This document shows, piece by piece, positions 1-9,279 of a stretch of DNA of 64,000 nt. Source of the DNA: an uncultured Bacteroidales bacterium (GTDB lineage: Bacteria > Bacteroidota > Bacteroidia > Bacteroidales > UBA932); NCBI GenBank assembly GCA_905233655.1, contig CAJOCS010000004.1, forward strand, positions 13,544 through 77,543. Reading direction: 5' to 3'. A program made the position numbers and the translations under genes. Position 1 is the first letter of the stretch, and each line of letters starts with the position of its first letter. The notes beneath the pieces are model-generated. The model saw only the letters and a list, made by a program, of their open reading frames with translations, was not told the DNA's origin and did not search any database.

Positions 1-15
1 AGGAAGTCCTATCCC

Positions 16-2364
16 ATGGATTACTCTTTCGGAGGAGTGTGGCAGAAAGAACTCGGCGGTAGGGAACTCCACGACGGCGACAAGTATGGATATGAACTGG
101 TACGCGACGGCGCGGTTGTCCGCAAGGAGTGGCGCGAGCATGTGTTCGAGGCTCCGGCCGAAGGTACATCCATCGTGGTTCGGGACCGCTGGCAGGACCG
201 CCCGGCCAATTCGGCCTTTTATTCATCGGCCTTCAGCGACGTCATTTTCCGCCGTCCGGACGGTGCGTCTTTCCACAATCCCCGGAAGGAAGCTCCCGCA
301 AAGGGCAATGTGAGCATCGTTGTCCCCGCACCCGAGGTGCGAAGCGGCGAATGCCTCGGCATCATCGGCTCCGGGAAGGCTTTCGGCGAATGGAAAAAGC
401 CTGTGAAACTGTCCGATGCCTGTTTCCCCTGGTGGAAGATCTGCCTCAAGGTGAGCGGCGCATTCGAATTCAAGTTCGTGGTGCTGGACGGCGCCACCGG
501 AGAAATCAAGTTCTGGGAAGAGGGCCCCAACCACTTCTTTGCCGAGGTGCCCGCAAAGGGCGGCCATCTGGTGCTGGCAGACCTTCAGCCCCGTTTCCCC
601 ACCGTGCCGTGGAGGGGAGCTGGTGTAGCCGTTCCGGTGTTCGCGCTGAGGACGGAAGACAGCTTCGGCGTGGGTGAATTCAACGATATCAAGCGCCTGG
701 TGGACTGGGCGGTGGAATGCGGAATGAACATGATTCAGCTTCTGCCCATCAACGACACCACCATGACCCACACCTGGCAGGATTCATACCCTTACAATGC
801 AGTGAGCTCCTTCGCCCTGCATCCGCAGTTCCTGCATCTGCCCGCCGCCGGCGTGCGAAAGGATGCCGCCTACAAGAAACTCCAGGCCGAGCTTGACGCA
901 CTTCCGCAGATAGATTACGAGAAGGTGAACGGGGCGAAGAATGCGCTCCTGAGAAAGGTCTACGAGAGCAAGGGCGCGGCCGTAATGCAGAGCCAGGAGT
1001 ATCACGACTTCATAGCGGCTTCCGCCGAATGGCTCATGCCCTACGCTGCATTCAGCGTCCTCAGGGACATTAACGGAACTCCGGACTTCTCCACCTGGGG
1101 CAAGTTCGCCGTCTACAGCGCCCGCAAGGTGGACGGCTTCATCGCCGACCATATCGACGACGTGAACTTCTACTGCTTCCAGCAGTTCCTTCTGGACAAG
1201 CAGCTCAAGGAAGCCGTGGCCTACGCCCACCGCAAAGGCGTCGCCATCAAGGGAGACCTTCCCATCGGCGTGAGCCGCTGCAGTGCCGACGCATGGCAGA
1301 ATCCTTCGCTCTTCCACATGGACAGCCAGGCCGGCGCACCGCCGGATGCCTTCTCGGCCGACGGTCAGAACTGGGGCTTCCCCACCTACAACTGGGAAAA
1401 GATGGCCGAGGACGGTTTTGCCTGGTGGAAGGCCCGCATGGGCAATATGGCGCAGTACTTCGACGCATTCCGCATCGACCATATCCTGGGCTTCTTCCGC
1501 ATCTGGGAGATTCCTTCGCAGTACAAGAGCGGTCTTATGGGCCACTTCAGTCCGGCTCTGCCGTATTCCGGCGACGAACTCCGCCAGATGGGCTTCGACC
1601 CCAGGGCGGGGCACGACACCGACGTCCTCTTCGTTGAGGATCCCCGCCGTGAGGGCTGGTACCATCCCAGGATATCGGCACAGTATACCCAGGCATATTC
1701 CGAGCTTCAGGACTGGCAGAAGAACCGTTTCAACGAGCTGTACAACGATTTCTTCTATCACCGTCACAACGAATTCTGGCGCGAGAGCGCGATGCGAAAG
1801 CTTCCCGCCCTCCTTCGTTCCACCGGCATGCTTGCCTGCGGAGAAGACCTCGGCATGATTCCCGCCTGCGTTCCCGACGTTATGGATTCGCTGAACATCC
1901 TTTCGCTGGAAATCCAGCGCATGCCCAAGGATCCGAAGGACGACTTCGCCCGTCCGGACCGCTACCCTTACTGGTGCGTCTGCGCTACCGGCACCCACGA
2001 TACCGCTCCGCTGAGGGCATGGTGGGAGGAGGACCGCGCCGCCACCCAGCAGTTCTACAACAACATCCTCGGCTGCGGCGGAGAAGCTCCCTACTTCTGC
2101 GAGCCGTGGGTGGCCGAGAGGATAATCGAACAGCATCTCTATTCTCCCGCAATGCTCTCCGTGCTGCCGCTTCAGGACTGGCTGGCCGTCGACGGGGAGG
2201 TGCGTTACCAGGGCAATCCTTCCGACGAGCGCATCAACGTGCCTGCGATTCCGCGCTTCTACTGGCGTTACCGTATGCACCTCAAGCTCGAGGAGCTCAT
2301 TGCCAACGAGGGCCTGAACGCACACATCAAAGGCATGATCGATTCCACCGGCCGCAACCGTTAG
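16..2364 (+). CDS. malQ: 4-alpha-glucanotransferase (GH77 amylomaltase with CBM20-like N-terminal domains); true start probably upstream of the window
   Basis: WEEGPN CBM20-like motif; QLLPINDT, KGDLPIGV, GAPPDAFS..GQNWGFPTYNW, RIDHILGFFRIW and GEDLG GH77 motifs. Confidence 0.93.
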   Translation: MDYSFGGVWQKELGGRELHDGDKYGYELVRDGAVVRKEWREHVFEAPAEGTSIVVRDRWQDRPANSAFYSSAFSDVIFRRPDGASFHNPRKEAPAKGNVSIVVPAPEVRSGECLGIIGSGKAFGEWKKPVKLSDACFPWWKICLKVSGAFEFKFVVLDGATGEIKFWEEGPNHFFAEVPAKGGHLVLADLQPRFPTVPWRGAGVAVPVFALRTEDSFGVGEFNDIKRLVDWAVECGMNMIQLLPINDTTMTHTWQDSYPYNAVSSFALHPQFLHLPAAGVRKDAAYKKLQAELDALPQIDYEKVNGAKNALLRKVYESKGAAVMQSQEYHDFIAASAEWLMPYAAFSVLRDINGTPDFSTWGKFAVYSARKVDGFIADHIDDVNFYCFQQFLLDKQLKEAVAYAHRKGVAIKGDLPIGVSRCSADAWQNPSLFHMDSQAGAPPDAFSADGQNWGFPTYNWEKMAEDGFAWWKARMGNMAQYFDAFRIDHILGFFRIWEIPSQYKSGLMGHFSPALPYSGDELRQMGFDPRAGHDTDVLFVEDPRREGWYHPRISAQYTQAYSELQDWQKNRFNELYNDFFYHRHNEFWRESAMRKLPALLRSTGMLACGEDLGMIPACVPDVMDSLNILSLEIQRMPKDPKDDFARPDRYPYWCVCATGTHDTAPLRAWWEEDRAATQQFYNNILGCGGEAPYFCEPWVAERIIEQHLYSPAMLSVLPLQDWLAVDGEVRYQGNPSDERINVPAIPRFYWRYRMHLKLEELIANEGLNAHIKGMIDSTGRNR

Positions 2365-2368
2365 AAGC

Positions 2369-2716
2369 ATGGCCGAGAACGACTGGAAATCCCGTCTGGG
2401 CGTGGTCTATTCCACGAATCCGGACTTTGAGTATCAGAGCGAAGCTGCCCCGGAGGAGGAAACTCTTCCTCCGGGAAAGCAGCGCCTGAGGGTTGGAATC
2501 GACCGCCGGAACCGCGGAGGCAAGCAGGTTACCCTGGTGAGCGGCTTCGTCGGTGGGGCCGACGACCTCAAAGCCCTTGCAAAAGCTCTCAAAACACGGC
2601 TCGGAGTGGGTGGCGGCGCCAAAGACGGCGAAATCACCATCCAGGGAGATTTCCGGGACAAACTTGTCGGCCTGCTTCAGGATATGGGCTACACCAATAC
2701 AAAACGAGCGAACTGA
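2369..2716 (+). CDS. yciH: SUI1/YciH family translation initiation factor
   Basis: RGGKQVTLVSGF, LKTRLGVGGGAKDGEITIQGD motifs; Bacteroidetes-type VVYSTNPDF N-terminus. Confidence 0.9.
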   Translation: MAENDWKSRLGVVYSTNPDFEYQSEAAPEEETLPPGKQRLRVGIDRRNRGGKQVTLVSGFVGGADDLKALAKALKTRLGVGGGAKDGEITIQGDFRDKLVGLLQDMGYTNTKRAN

Positions 2717-2717
2717 G

Positions 2718-3422
2718 ATGCCGGAAGAACCCTTCAGAACCGGCCGGCTGTTGCTGGACAGCGTGAGTTCCGCCGATGTTGCTGCGGCGGAGCCCGGCGT
2801 TCCTGTGCTGTTTTCGGTGCTGGTGGTGGTGTTCGTCCTGCTGTTCCTTCTCACCGTAAGGAACTTTCTGCAGGTGCTCCCTTTCATTGCCGACAGCTTT
2901 CTCCGCGCCCGTGGCAGCGTGGCGCTGGAAAACAGCGTCAAGGTGAGCCGCGACCGCAATCTGGTGGCGATAGTGCTCACAATCCCCGCCGTACTGCTTA
3001 TGTCCCGCTTTGGCATGTATGAACCTTCATTCATTGCCGGAATGGGCAGCAACGTGAAGCTGTCGCTGGTGGCGTCAATGTTTCTCGGCTTCCTGCTTGT
3101 ACGCTATCTGCTTTATCGTGCATTCTTCCCCAGGAAACGTTACGACAACTACCAGCTCTCATACCGTTCGGGTTTTACATATTTCATCCTCCTTATGCTC
3201 CTGGTGCTTGTGAGCGCCGGTATTTTGTGGCTGTTCAACGTCAATGATTTGTTCATGAGGAACTTTATTATTGCCGAGGCGGCCGCCGTCTATCTCATTT
3301 TTCTCGTCCGTCGGGCACAAATTTTGTCATTATCTTGCAGCGTTTTGACAACTTTTTTGTACCTTTGCGCGCTCGAATTGCTGCCTGCCGGATTATGGAT
3401 ATCCGTGGCGGTGTTCCTGTGA
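2718..3422 (+). CDS. DUF4271-like integral membrane protein
   Basis: ATG 1 nt after the yciH stop; several hydrophobic helices; C-terminal FLYLCALE motif; usual position upstream of hemD. Confidence 0.7.
   Translation: MPEEPFRTGRLLLDSVSSADVAAAEPGVPVLFSVLVVVFVLLFLLTVRNFLQVLPFIADSFLRARGSVALENSVKVSRDRNLVAIVLTIPAVLLMSRFGMYEPSFIAGMGSNVKLSLVASMFLGFLLVRYLLYRAFFPRKRYDNYQLSYRSGFTYFILLMLLVLVSAGILWLFNVNDLFMRNFIIAEAAAVYLIFLVRRAQILSLSCSVLTTFLYLCALELLPAGLWISVAVFL
3360..3367 (+). promoter_or_regulatory. Bacteroidetes -7 promoter element TACCTTTG embedded in upstream CDS
   Basis: Matches TAnnTTTG, preceded by T-rich tract, ~75 nt upstream of hemD. Confidence 0.5.
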
Positions 3423-3441
3423 AGATGAGAGAATAATTGAA

Positions 3442-4185
3442 ATGAGTATAAAGAACATCCTGATTTCCCAGCAAGCACCGCGAGTGCTCACTCAGTATCA
3501 GAACGTTACGGAAAAATTTGGAGTTGAGTTCACGTTCCAGCCCTTTTATGTAGTGGAACCTCTGACCTCCCGCGAATTCCGTGCACAGCGCATAAATGTG
3601 CTGGACTACACTGCAATCGTATTTTCCTCCCGTCACGCAATTGACGCTTTCTTCAAGCTTGCGGAGGAACTCCGCGTGAAGATTCCGGAGACAATGAAAT
3701 ACTTCTGCACCACAGAGGCCGTGGCCATGTATCTGCAGAAGCATATCGTGTACCGCAAGCGCAAGATTTTCTTCGGTACCGGTACTCCTGAAAGCGTGGT
3801 GGCCCTCATCGGCCCCAAGCACAAGGGGGAGAAGTTCCTCATCACCATGTCCGAGCAGTCGAACGCCACAGCCATTACGGCCCTCTTCGATGCCCAGAAG
3901 CTTTCCTATTCCACCGGCGTTTTCGTGAAGTCCGTGAGCGTAGACCTCAAGGACCTCAAGCTCGAAAACTACGACATGATTGTCTTCTACAATCCGGCCG
4001 ACGTGGTTTCACTCCAGGAGAATTTCCCGGAGTTCAGCCAGGGCGACATCAAGATGGTCTCCTACGGCAAGTCAATCGTGAAGGCCATGGAAGAGGCCGG
4101 TCTCAGGATCGACGTCAAGGCACCTTCACCGGAAGCGCCTTCGGTGGCAAGGGCAATCGAACTCTATCTCGAAAGCATGCAGTGA
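3442..4185 (+). CDS. hemD: Uroporphyrinogen-III synthase (HemD) family protein
   Basis: IKNILISQ start, YLQKHIVYRKRKIFFG and YDMIVFYNP motifs of Bacteroidetes HemD. Confidence 0.85.
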   Translation: MSIKNILISQQAPRVLTQYQNVTEKFGVEFTFQPFYVVEPLTSREFRAQRINVLDYTAIVFSSRHAIDAFFKLAEELRVKIPETMKYFCTTEAVAMYLQKHIVYRKRKIFFGTGTPESVVALIGPKHKGEKFLITMSEQSNATAITALFDAQKLSYSTGVFVKSVSVDLKDLKLENYDMIVFYNPADVVSLQENFPEFSQGDIKMVSYGKSIVKAMEEAGLRIDVKAPSPEAPSVARAIELYLESMQ

Positions 4186-4541
4186 TGGAGCGCATGACCC
4201 TTTCCAAGGAAGAACGGCTCTGTGGCAGGGATTCTGTCGCGGAGCTGTTTGCGCATGGAAAGAGCCTGTCCGCAGGATGTTTCCGCTGCCGTTTCCTTGC
4301 TAACGGGACGGAGCAGAGGCGTTTCATGGTGTCGGTCCCGAAGCGCAGTTTCAAAAGGGCCGTAAAGCGGAATCTGCTGAAACGCCGTATCCGTGAGGCC
4401 TACCGGCAGCAGAAAGCCCTTCTTCCCTCCGGCACCGACATCCTGTTCGTGTATACGGCCACTGAGGTACTGGAATACAATGAGATTTACGCTGCGGTGG
4501 GCGAGGCCCTTTCCGCGGTGAATAATGCCCTTCAGCCGTGA
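4185..4541 (+). CDS. rnpA: Ribonuclease P protein component
   Basis: [32 protein letters not shown] (RNR motif); ATG overlaps hemD TGA. Confidence 0.93.
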   Translation: MERMTLSKEERLCGRDSVAELFAHGKSLSAGCFRCRFLANGTEQRRFMVSVPKRSFKRAVKRNLLKRRIREAYRQQKALLPSGTDILFVYTATEVLEYNEIYAAVGEALSAVNNALQP

Positions 4542-4768
4542 GCTGGCTGAGGAAAATACTCATTTTCCCCTTTGTGGCGCTCATCCGGTTCTACCAGTTG
4601 TGCATCAGCCCGTACACCCCTCCCAGCTGCCGTTTTACCCCAACCTGTTCACAGTACGCCCTCGAGGCCTTCCGCAAACACGGGCTGTTCAAGGGGCTCT
4701 ACCTTACCGTAAGACGTCTTCTCCGCTGCCGCCCTGGCGGAGGAAGCGGCTATGATCCTGTTCCCTGA
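4538..4768 (+). CDS. yidD: Membrane protein insertion efficiency factor YidD
   Basis: [12 protein letters not shown]...[18 protein letters not shown]. Confidence 0.93.
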   Translation: MSWLRKILIFPFVALIRFYQLCISPYTPPSCRFTPTCSQYALEAFRKHGLFKGLYLTVRRLLRCRPGGGSGYDPVP

Positions 4769-5466
4769 TGCCGAAGAAAGAGAAAATAAGGAGCATGTTC
4801 GACTCGATTGCTCCGTCCTACGACAGGCTGAACCATCTTATGTCGCTCAATGTGGACAAACTGTGGAGACGGCATGCCCTTAAGGAAATCGTGGACGGAA
4901 CGCCGCAGAACATTCTCGATGTGGCGTGCGGGACGGGCGATTCCACCATATCGGCCGCAAAGGCCGCCGCGGAAGGCAGCATAGTAACCGGGGCCGATAT
5001 CTCCGAGGGCATGATGGCCCTCGTTGGGGACAAGGCCGCCCGCGAGGGCGTTTCGGACCGCATCAGGCTCGTCAACGCCGACGGCGAAGCCCTGCCTTTC
5101 GGGGAAGGGGAGTTCCACCGGGTAAGCTGCGCATTCGGAATCCGGAATTTCGAACACAAGGAAAAAGGACTTGAAGAGTTCTTCCGGGTGCTTTGCGATG
5201 GCGGAAAGGCGGTGATACTCGAGCTTTCCGTACCGCAGAACCGCTTCCTGAGGTGGCTCTACGACCTATATTTCATGCACATCATGCCATTCATAGGCGG
5301 AATGGTTTCCGGCGACAGGGCGGCCTACCGTTACCTGCCGGCATCGGTACATGCTTTCCCCGCCCCCGGGGTTTTCTGCGAGATGATGCGCTCGGCCGGA
5401 TTCCGTGATGTAAGGTGCAAAAGCCTTTCTTTCGGCCTTTGCAGAATGTTTGTGGGAGAGAAATAA
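4768..5466 (+). CDS. menG: Demethylmenaquinone methyltransferase UbiE/MenG
   Basis: MFDSIAPSYDRLNHLMS, LDVACGTGD SAM motif, FGIRN, AYRYLPAS. Confidence 0.9.
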   Translation: MPKKEKIRSMFDSIAPSYDRLNHLMSLNVDKLWRRHALKEIVDGTPQNILDVACGTGDSTISAAKAAAEGSIVTGADISEGMMALVGDKAAREGVSDRIRLVNADGEALPFGEGEFHRVSCAFGIRNFEHKEKGLEEFFRVLCDGGKAVILELSVPQNRFLRWLYDLYFMHIMPFIGGMVSGDRAAYRYLPASVHAFPAPGVFCEMMRSAGFRDVRCKSLSFGLCRMFVGEK

Positions 5467-5470
5467 TTGC

Positions 5471-5478
5471 TAACTTTG
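5471..5478 (+). promoter_or_regulatory. -7 promoter element TAACTTTG
   Basis: TAnnTTTG with TTTG at 5449-5452 (18-nt spacer), upstream of the ATG at 5501. Confidence 0.6.
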
Positions 5479-5500
5479 TAGACTTGACAAAAGAAAAGCG

Positions 5501-8500
5501 ATGGATAAGAAGACATTCAACAAATGGAACTGGATTGTGGCAACGGCCGTGCTTCTGATATCGGCCTGCACCTACCTTTCCACAATAGAGCCCACCGCAT
5601 CCTTCTGGGACTGCGGCGAGTTCATAGCCTCGTCATACAAGCTGGAGGTGGGACATCCCCCGGGAAACCCTGTGTTCCAGCTGTTTGCGCGTTTCTGCAC
5701 CATGTTCGTGGGCCCCGCCCACGCTGCCATGGCAGTGAATGCGATGAGCGGCATACTGAGTGCCCTCACCATCTTCTTTCTCTACCTTACCACGGTGTTT
5801 TTCGCCGCAAGGCTGCTTAAACCCGAGTCCGACGGTTCCTTCACCCTGCCCCGCGCGATAGCGATAATGGGTTCCGGAGCCGTGGCCGCCCTTGCATACT
5901 GTTTCTCCGACACCTTCTGGTTCTCGGCCGTGGAGGGAGAAGTTTACGCCATGTCAAGCCTGTTCACGGCCCTTGTCTTCTGGGCCATGTGCCGCTGGTA
6001 TGAAACGGCCGACGAGCCCCATTCCAACCGCTGGATAGTGCTCATCGCTTTCCTTATGGGCCTGAGCATCGGCGTACACCTTCTCAATCTGCTCACCATT
6101 CCTGCCTTCGTATTCATGTACTACTACCGCAAGAACGAAGACAAACAGCTTCCTTTCAAGAAACTGCTTGGTGTTTTCCTGATTGGAGTGGTGATAGAAT
6201 TCGTCCTGGTCTACCTCTTCATCCCTTACCTCCCCAAGCTTGCGGCTTTCTTCGACCGCATCTTCGTGAACACCTTCCACCTGCCCTACAACAGCGGTGC
6301 GGTGTTCTTCATGGTGGCCCTGCTTGCTCTGTGCTTCTGGGGGCTTTTCCGCACCCTGAAGAGGGAAAAAGTGTTCCTCAACACGGTGGTCCTCTGCGTC
6401 ACCACTCTGGTGATAGGATTCTCGCTCTTCTCGATAGTGATAATCCGCTCTTCGGTGAAGACTCCCACCAATGAGTACCAGCCCGACAACCCCTACACCC
6501 TTGTCCGTTATCTCAGCCGCGAACAGTACGGTTCCACCCCGCTCATTTACGGGCAGTATTTCGACGCTCCCTACGACCTTTCCACCGGAAAGTACTGGGC
6601 ACCCCTCGGAGGGAAGTATGTTCACGCCACCGCTCCCGCGGAGGCCGATTATCTCCCGGAAGGAAAAATGTTCTTCCCCCGCATGTGGCAGGGCGGAGAC
6701 CAGCGATACATAGACTTCTACCAGAGCTATACCAAGGGCCAGGGCCGTAGAATCCGCGGCGCCACCTACCGCAAGCCCAGCTTTGGGGCGAATATGGCCT
6801 ACTTCTTCGACTACCAGCTGAACTGGATGTACTGGCGCTACTTCATGTGGAACTTCGTGGGAAGGCAGAACGACATCCACTCCCCGCTGCCGGGCAATAT
6901 CTTCGACGGCAACTGGGAGAGCGGAATCACCTTCCTGGACGAGCTGCGTCTCGGCGACCAGAGCTTCGCCCCGGCGCCGCTCCGCGAGAACAAGGGCAAG
7001 AACCACTATTTCTTCCTGCCGCTTATACTTGGTCTCATCGGCCTCGTTTACCAGTTCGACAGAGACAAGAGAGGAAGCTGGATAGTGTTCCTGATGTTCT
7101 TCATGACGGGTATCGCCATTGTGCTGTATCTGAATCAGCCGCCCTACCAGGTGCGTGAGCGCGACTATGCCTACGCCGGTTCCTTCTATATGTACAGCCT
7201 CTGGATAGGGCTTGGAGTGCTCTGCATCTACGAGGCTGTGGACAAAGCGATGAAGTCGCAGTATTCCAAGTATGTGGCCGTCGGCGCAAGCGCCCTGTGC
7301 CTCGGCGTTCCCGCCCTGATGGCCGCCCAGAACTGGGACGACCACGACCGTTCCAACCGCTATACGGCCGTTGAGATGGCGAAAAACTACCTGAATTCAG
7401 TGGGCCCCAACGGCATTCTCATCACTCATGGAGACAACGATACCTTCCCTCTGTGGTATGCCCAGGAGGTGGAGAGCGTGAGGACCGACGTGCGCATCGT
7501 GAACACTTCCCTGCTTGGAACCGACTGGCACATAGACCAGATGAAATGGGCCTGCAACGAAAGCGCCCCGCTCCCGCTGACCGTGCCCCCGTCCCAGTAC
7601 CTTTACGGCACCAACGAGTTCGTCTACATCGCCTATGACGACGGTACTCCCATGTATCTGAGCGACGTGATGGACATCTTCAAGGATCCTCAGATGAGGG
7701 TTCCACTCCAGGGCGGCATGAAAGTGGACTTCATCTGCGCCCGCAAGATAGTCATCCCCGTAAACAAGGAGAACTGCATCCGCTATGGAATAGTTCCCGC
7801 AATGTATGCCGACGACATTCCGGACGAGATTATGCTCACGATGTCGCAGGACAAGAACTATCTTTCGAAGCCGGAGCTCTTCATGCTGGATCTGCTCTCC
7901 AACTATCAGTGGGACCGTCCCATCTCGATGCTGAACATGGGCGGAGACCTGAACATAGGCCTTAAGGACTATCTGATGTACGATGGTTTCTCCTACAGGT
8001 TTACTCCGCTTCGCAACCGGATTGGCTCCACGGACGCCGGCCTGGTGGACCCCCTCGAGCTCTACGACAAGATGAAGAACGTCTTCACCTGGGACGCCCT
8101 GAGCCGCACCGACTGGTTCGTTGACTATCAGAACATGTACACCTTCCTGGGTGTGATGGGGCAGCGCCAGCTCTATGTGACCGTGGCCAACGCCCTTATG
8201 GACGCAGGCGAAACCGAAAAGGCCCTGGAGATGCTGGACCTCTGCCAGCAGAACTTCCCCGAGGCGAATTTCCCTCTGGAAACCCTTTCGCTGGGCTTCT
8301 CCGGCAACGACTACATGGTCCTTCAGATGATTCAGGACTACTACCTGCTGGGCGCTCCTGAAAAGGGCCTCGAACTCGGCACCCGTTTCGCCGACGAGCT
8401 CATGGAATGCGCCGGATTCTATATCTCATGGGGAGAGCTCGGCCAGGCCGAATTCGACCAGGCCGGCCGCATGCTCGTCTATCTTACGGATATTATGAAC

Positions 8501-8578
8501 GAGGGCGGCAACTCCGAAGAGAGTGAAGCCATCCTTGACGACTTCCACAATCTCCTGTCCCTCGTCCTTCAGCAATAG
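5501..8578 (+). CDS. DUF2723 / TMEM260-like multi-pass membrane glycosyltransferase (GT-C fold)
   Basis: WDCGEF, GHPPG, SAVEGEVY, RERDYAY, GDNDTFPLWY motifs; many TM helices and a large C-terminal soluble domain. Confidence 0.85.
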   Translation: MDKKTFNKWNWIVATAVLLISACTYLSTIEPTASFWDCGEFIASSYKLEVGHPPGNPVFQLFARFCTMFVGPAHAAMAVNAMSGILSALTIFFLYLTTVFFAARLLKPESDGSFTLPRAIAIMGSGAVAALAYCFSDTFWFSAVEGEVYAMSSLFTALVFWAMCRWYETADEPHSNRWIVLIAFLMGLSIGVHLLNLLTIPAFVFMYYYRKNEDKQLPFKKLLGVFLIGVVIEFVLVYLFIPYLPKLAAFFDRIFVNTFHLPYNSGAVFFMVALLALCFWGLFRTLKREKVFLNTVVLCVTTLVIGFSLFSIVIIRSSVKTPTNEYQPDNPYTLVRYLSREQYGSTPLIYGQYFDAPYDLSTGKYWAPLGGKYVHATAPAEADYLPEGKMFFPRMWQGGDQRYIDFYQSYTKGQGRRIRGATYRKPSFGANMAYFFDYQLNWMYWRYFMWNFVGRQNDIHSPLPGNIFDGNWESGITFLDELRLGDQSFAPAPLRENKGKNHYFFLPLILGLIGLVYQFDRDKRGSWIVFLMFFMTGIAIVLYLNQPPYQVRERDYAYAGSFYMYSLWIGLGVLCIYEAVDKAMKSQYSKYVAVGASALCLGVPALMAAQNWDDHDRSNRYTAVEMAKNYLNSVGPNGILITHGDNDTFPLWYAQEVESVRTDVRIVNTSLLGTDWHIDQMKWACNESAPLPLTVPPSQYLYGTNEFVYIAYDDGTPMYLSDVMDIFKDPQMRVPLQGGMKVDFICARKIVIPVNKENCIRYGIVPAMYADDIPDEIMLTMSQDKNYLSKPELFMLDLLSNYQWDRPISMLNMGGDLNIGLKDYLMYDGFSYRFTPLRNRIGSTDAGLVDPLELYDKMKNVFTWDALSRTDWFVDYQNMYTFLGVMGQRQLYVTVANALMDAGETEKALEMLDLCQQNFPEANFPLETLSLGFSGNDYMVLQMIQDYYLLGAPEKGLELGTRFADELMECAGFYISWGELGQAEFDQAGRMLVYLTDIMNEGGNSEESEAILDDFHNLLSLVLQQ

Positions 8579-8600
8579 AGTGCGAGGGCGTTGTGGAGAA

Positions 8601-8673
8601 AAGGGAATGAGGATGGTGTGACGTGGGCGTCGGCCTTTTATTCGCCCGCGGAACACCATCCTCATCCCGTCTT
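8601..8673. terminator. Long imperfect hairpin, probable bidirectional terminator/stabiliser
   Basis: ATGAGGATGGTGT (8607-8619) pairs with ACACCATCCTCAT (8653-8665); inner CGTGGGCG/CGCCCGCG stem; lies between the DUF2723 stop and the displaced methyltransferase 3' end. Confidence 0.6.
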
Positions 8674-8685
8674 AATACTACACTA

Positions 8686-8716
8686 TTATCGTTTTGCTCG
8701 TACGAAAATGGACAGG
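8686..8716 (-). repeat. att-like direct repeat: displaced copy of methyltransferase 3' end (LSIFVRAKR*)
   Basis: TTATCGTTTTGCTCGTACGAAAATGGACAGG vs TTATCGCTTGGCGCGTACGAAAATGGACAGG at 10934-10964: 28/31 identical, 18-bp perfect core, three synonymous mismatches. Confidence 0.85.
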
Positions 8717-9052
8717 CCTCCCGAAGGATAGCTGCCTCACCCCCTTCCGGCAATTCGCACCTCCACCGTCCTCCGGCGTGATCCGGTTCCGGAGACTATG
8801 CATTTTCGGGCAAAAACGTCGACTCTCCCATACCAGATTGCATCCACGGTTGGTGACGGCCGCCGCGGAGCCGGGACATTGCCCAGAGCCCGGCGCAGCG
8901 GCGAGCCGTAGCCGCCGAGCCTGCTCTTCGCGAGGCGGCGGCACCTTCTTTTATCACTTTTTTGGGCCATCGGATTCTTTTTCTGGTGGCGGTGTAGTGG
9001 TTGCACCATGTGAATAAAGTAACCTAGTATACACAAAATACTATTTTTTTTG

Positions 9053-9060
9053 TATATTTG
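9053..9060 (+). promoter_or_regulatory. -7 promoter element TATATTTG of the islet transcript
   Basis: TAnnTTTG preceded by a T-tract, 285 nt upstream of the cargo ATG. Confidence 0.7.
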
Positions 9061-9061
9061 C

Positions 9062-9279
9062 GCTGTTGCGTAAACAGCAACATACATATTGAAAGCGTCA
9101 GCTTTTCCGTTGTGTTGAATCTGGACAATTCATGTAAAGACGGATATTGCGATGCTTGCATTGGCTGTATTGTAGGCTTTCTGCCTTCAACATGGCGATG
9201 TGAGTCAATCCATTATTCTCTTTACAGGCAGTCCAGAGCCCAACACAGGAGTAATACAGGATTGGCTCACACTTTCTTT
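9062..9279 (+). ncRNA. Candidate structured cis-regulatory leader RNA (attenuator-like)
   Basis: Helices 9111-9117/9241-9247, 9120-9126/9231-9237, 9133-9140/9219-9226; competing hairpin 9199-9219/9248-9271 followed by CTTTCTTT. Confidence 0.6.

Noticed and set aside
784-2370. Long antisense ORFs (also 5954-7345, 27583-29190, 53802-56036, 56328-57896, 61740-63056)
   Set aside because: Shadow frames opposite well-supported genes, expected from GC-rich codon bias; no recognisable motifs.
8717-8735. Possible extension of methyltransferase homology (SFGR vs SFGK) beyond the 31-bp repeat
   Set aside because: Needs a frameshifting gap and nucleotide identity is low; may be chance.
8862-8871. GCCGCGGAGC shared with 37676-37685
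   Set aside because: A 10-bp GC-rich match is expected by chance in this window.
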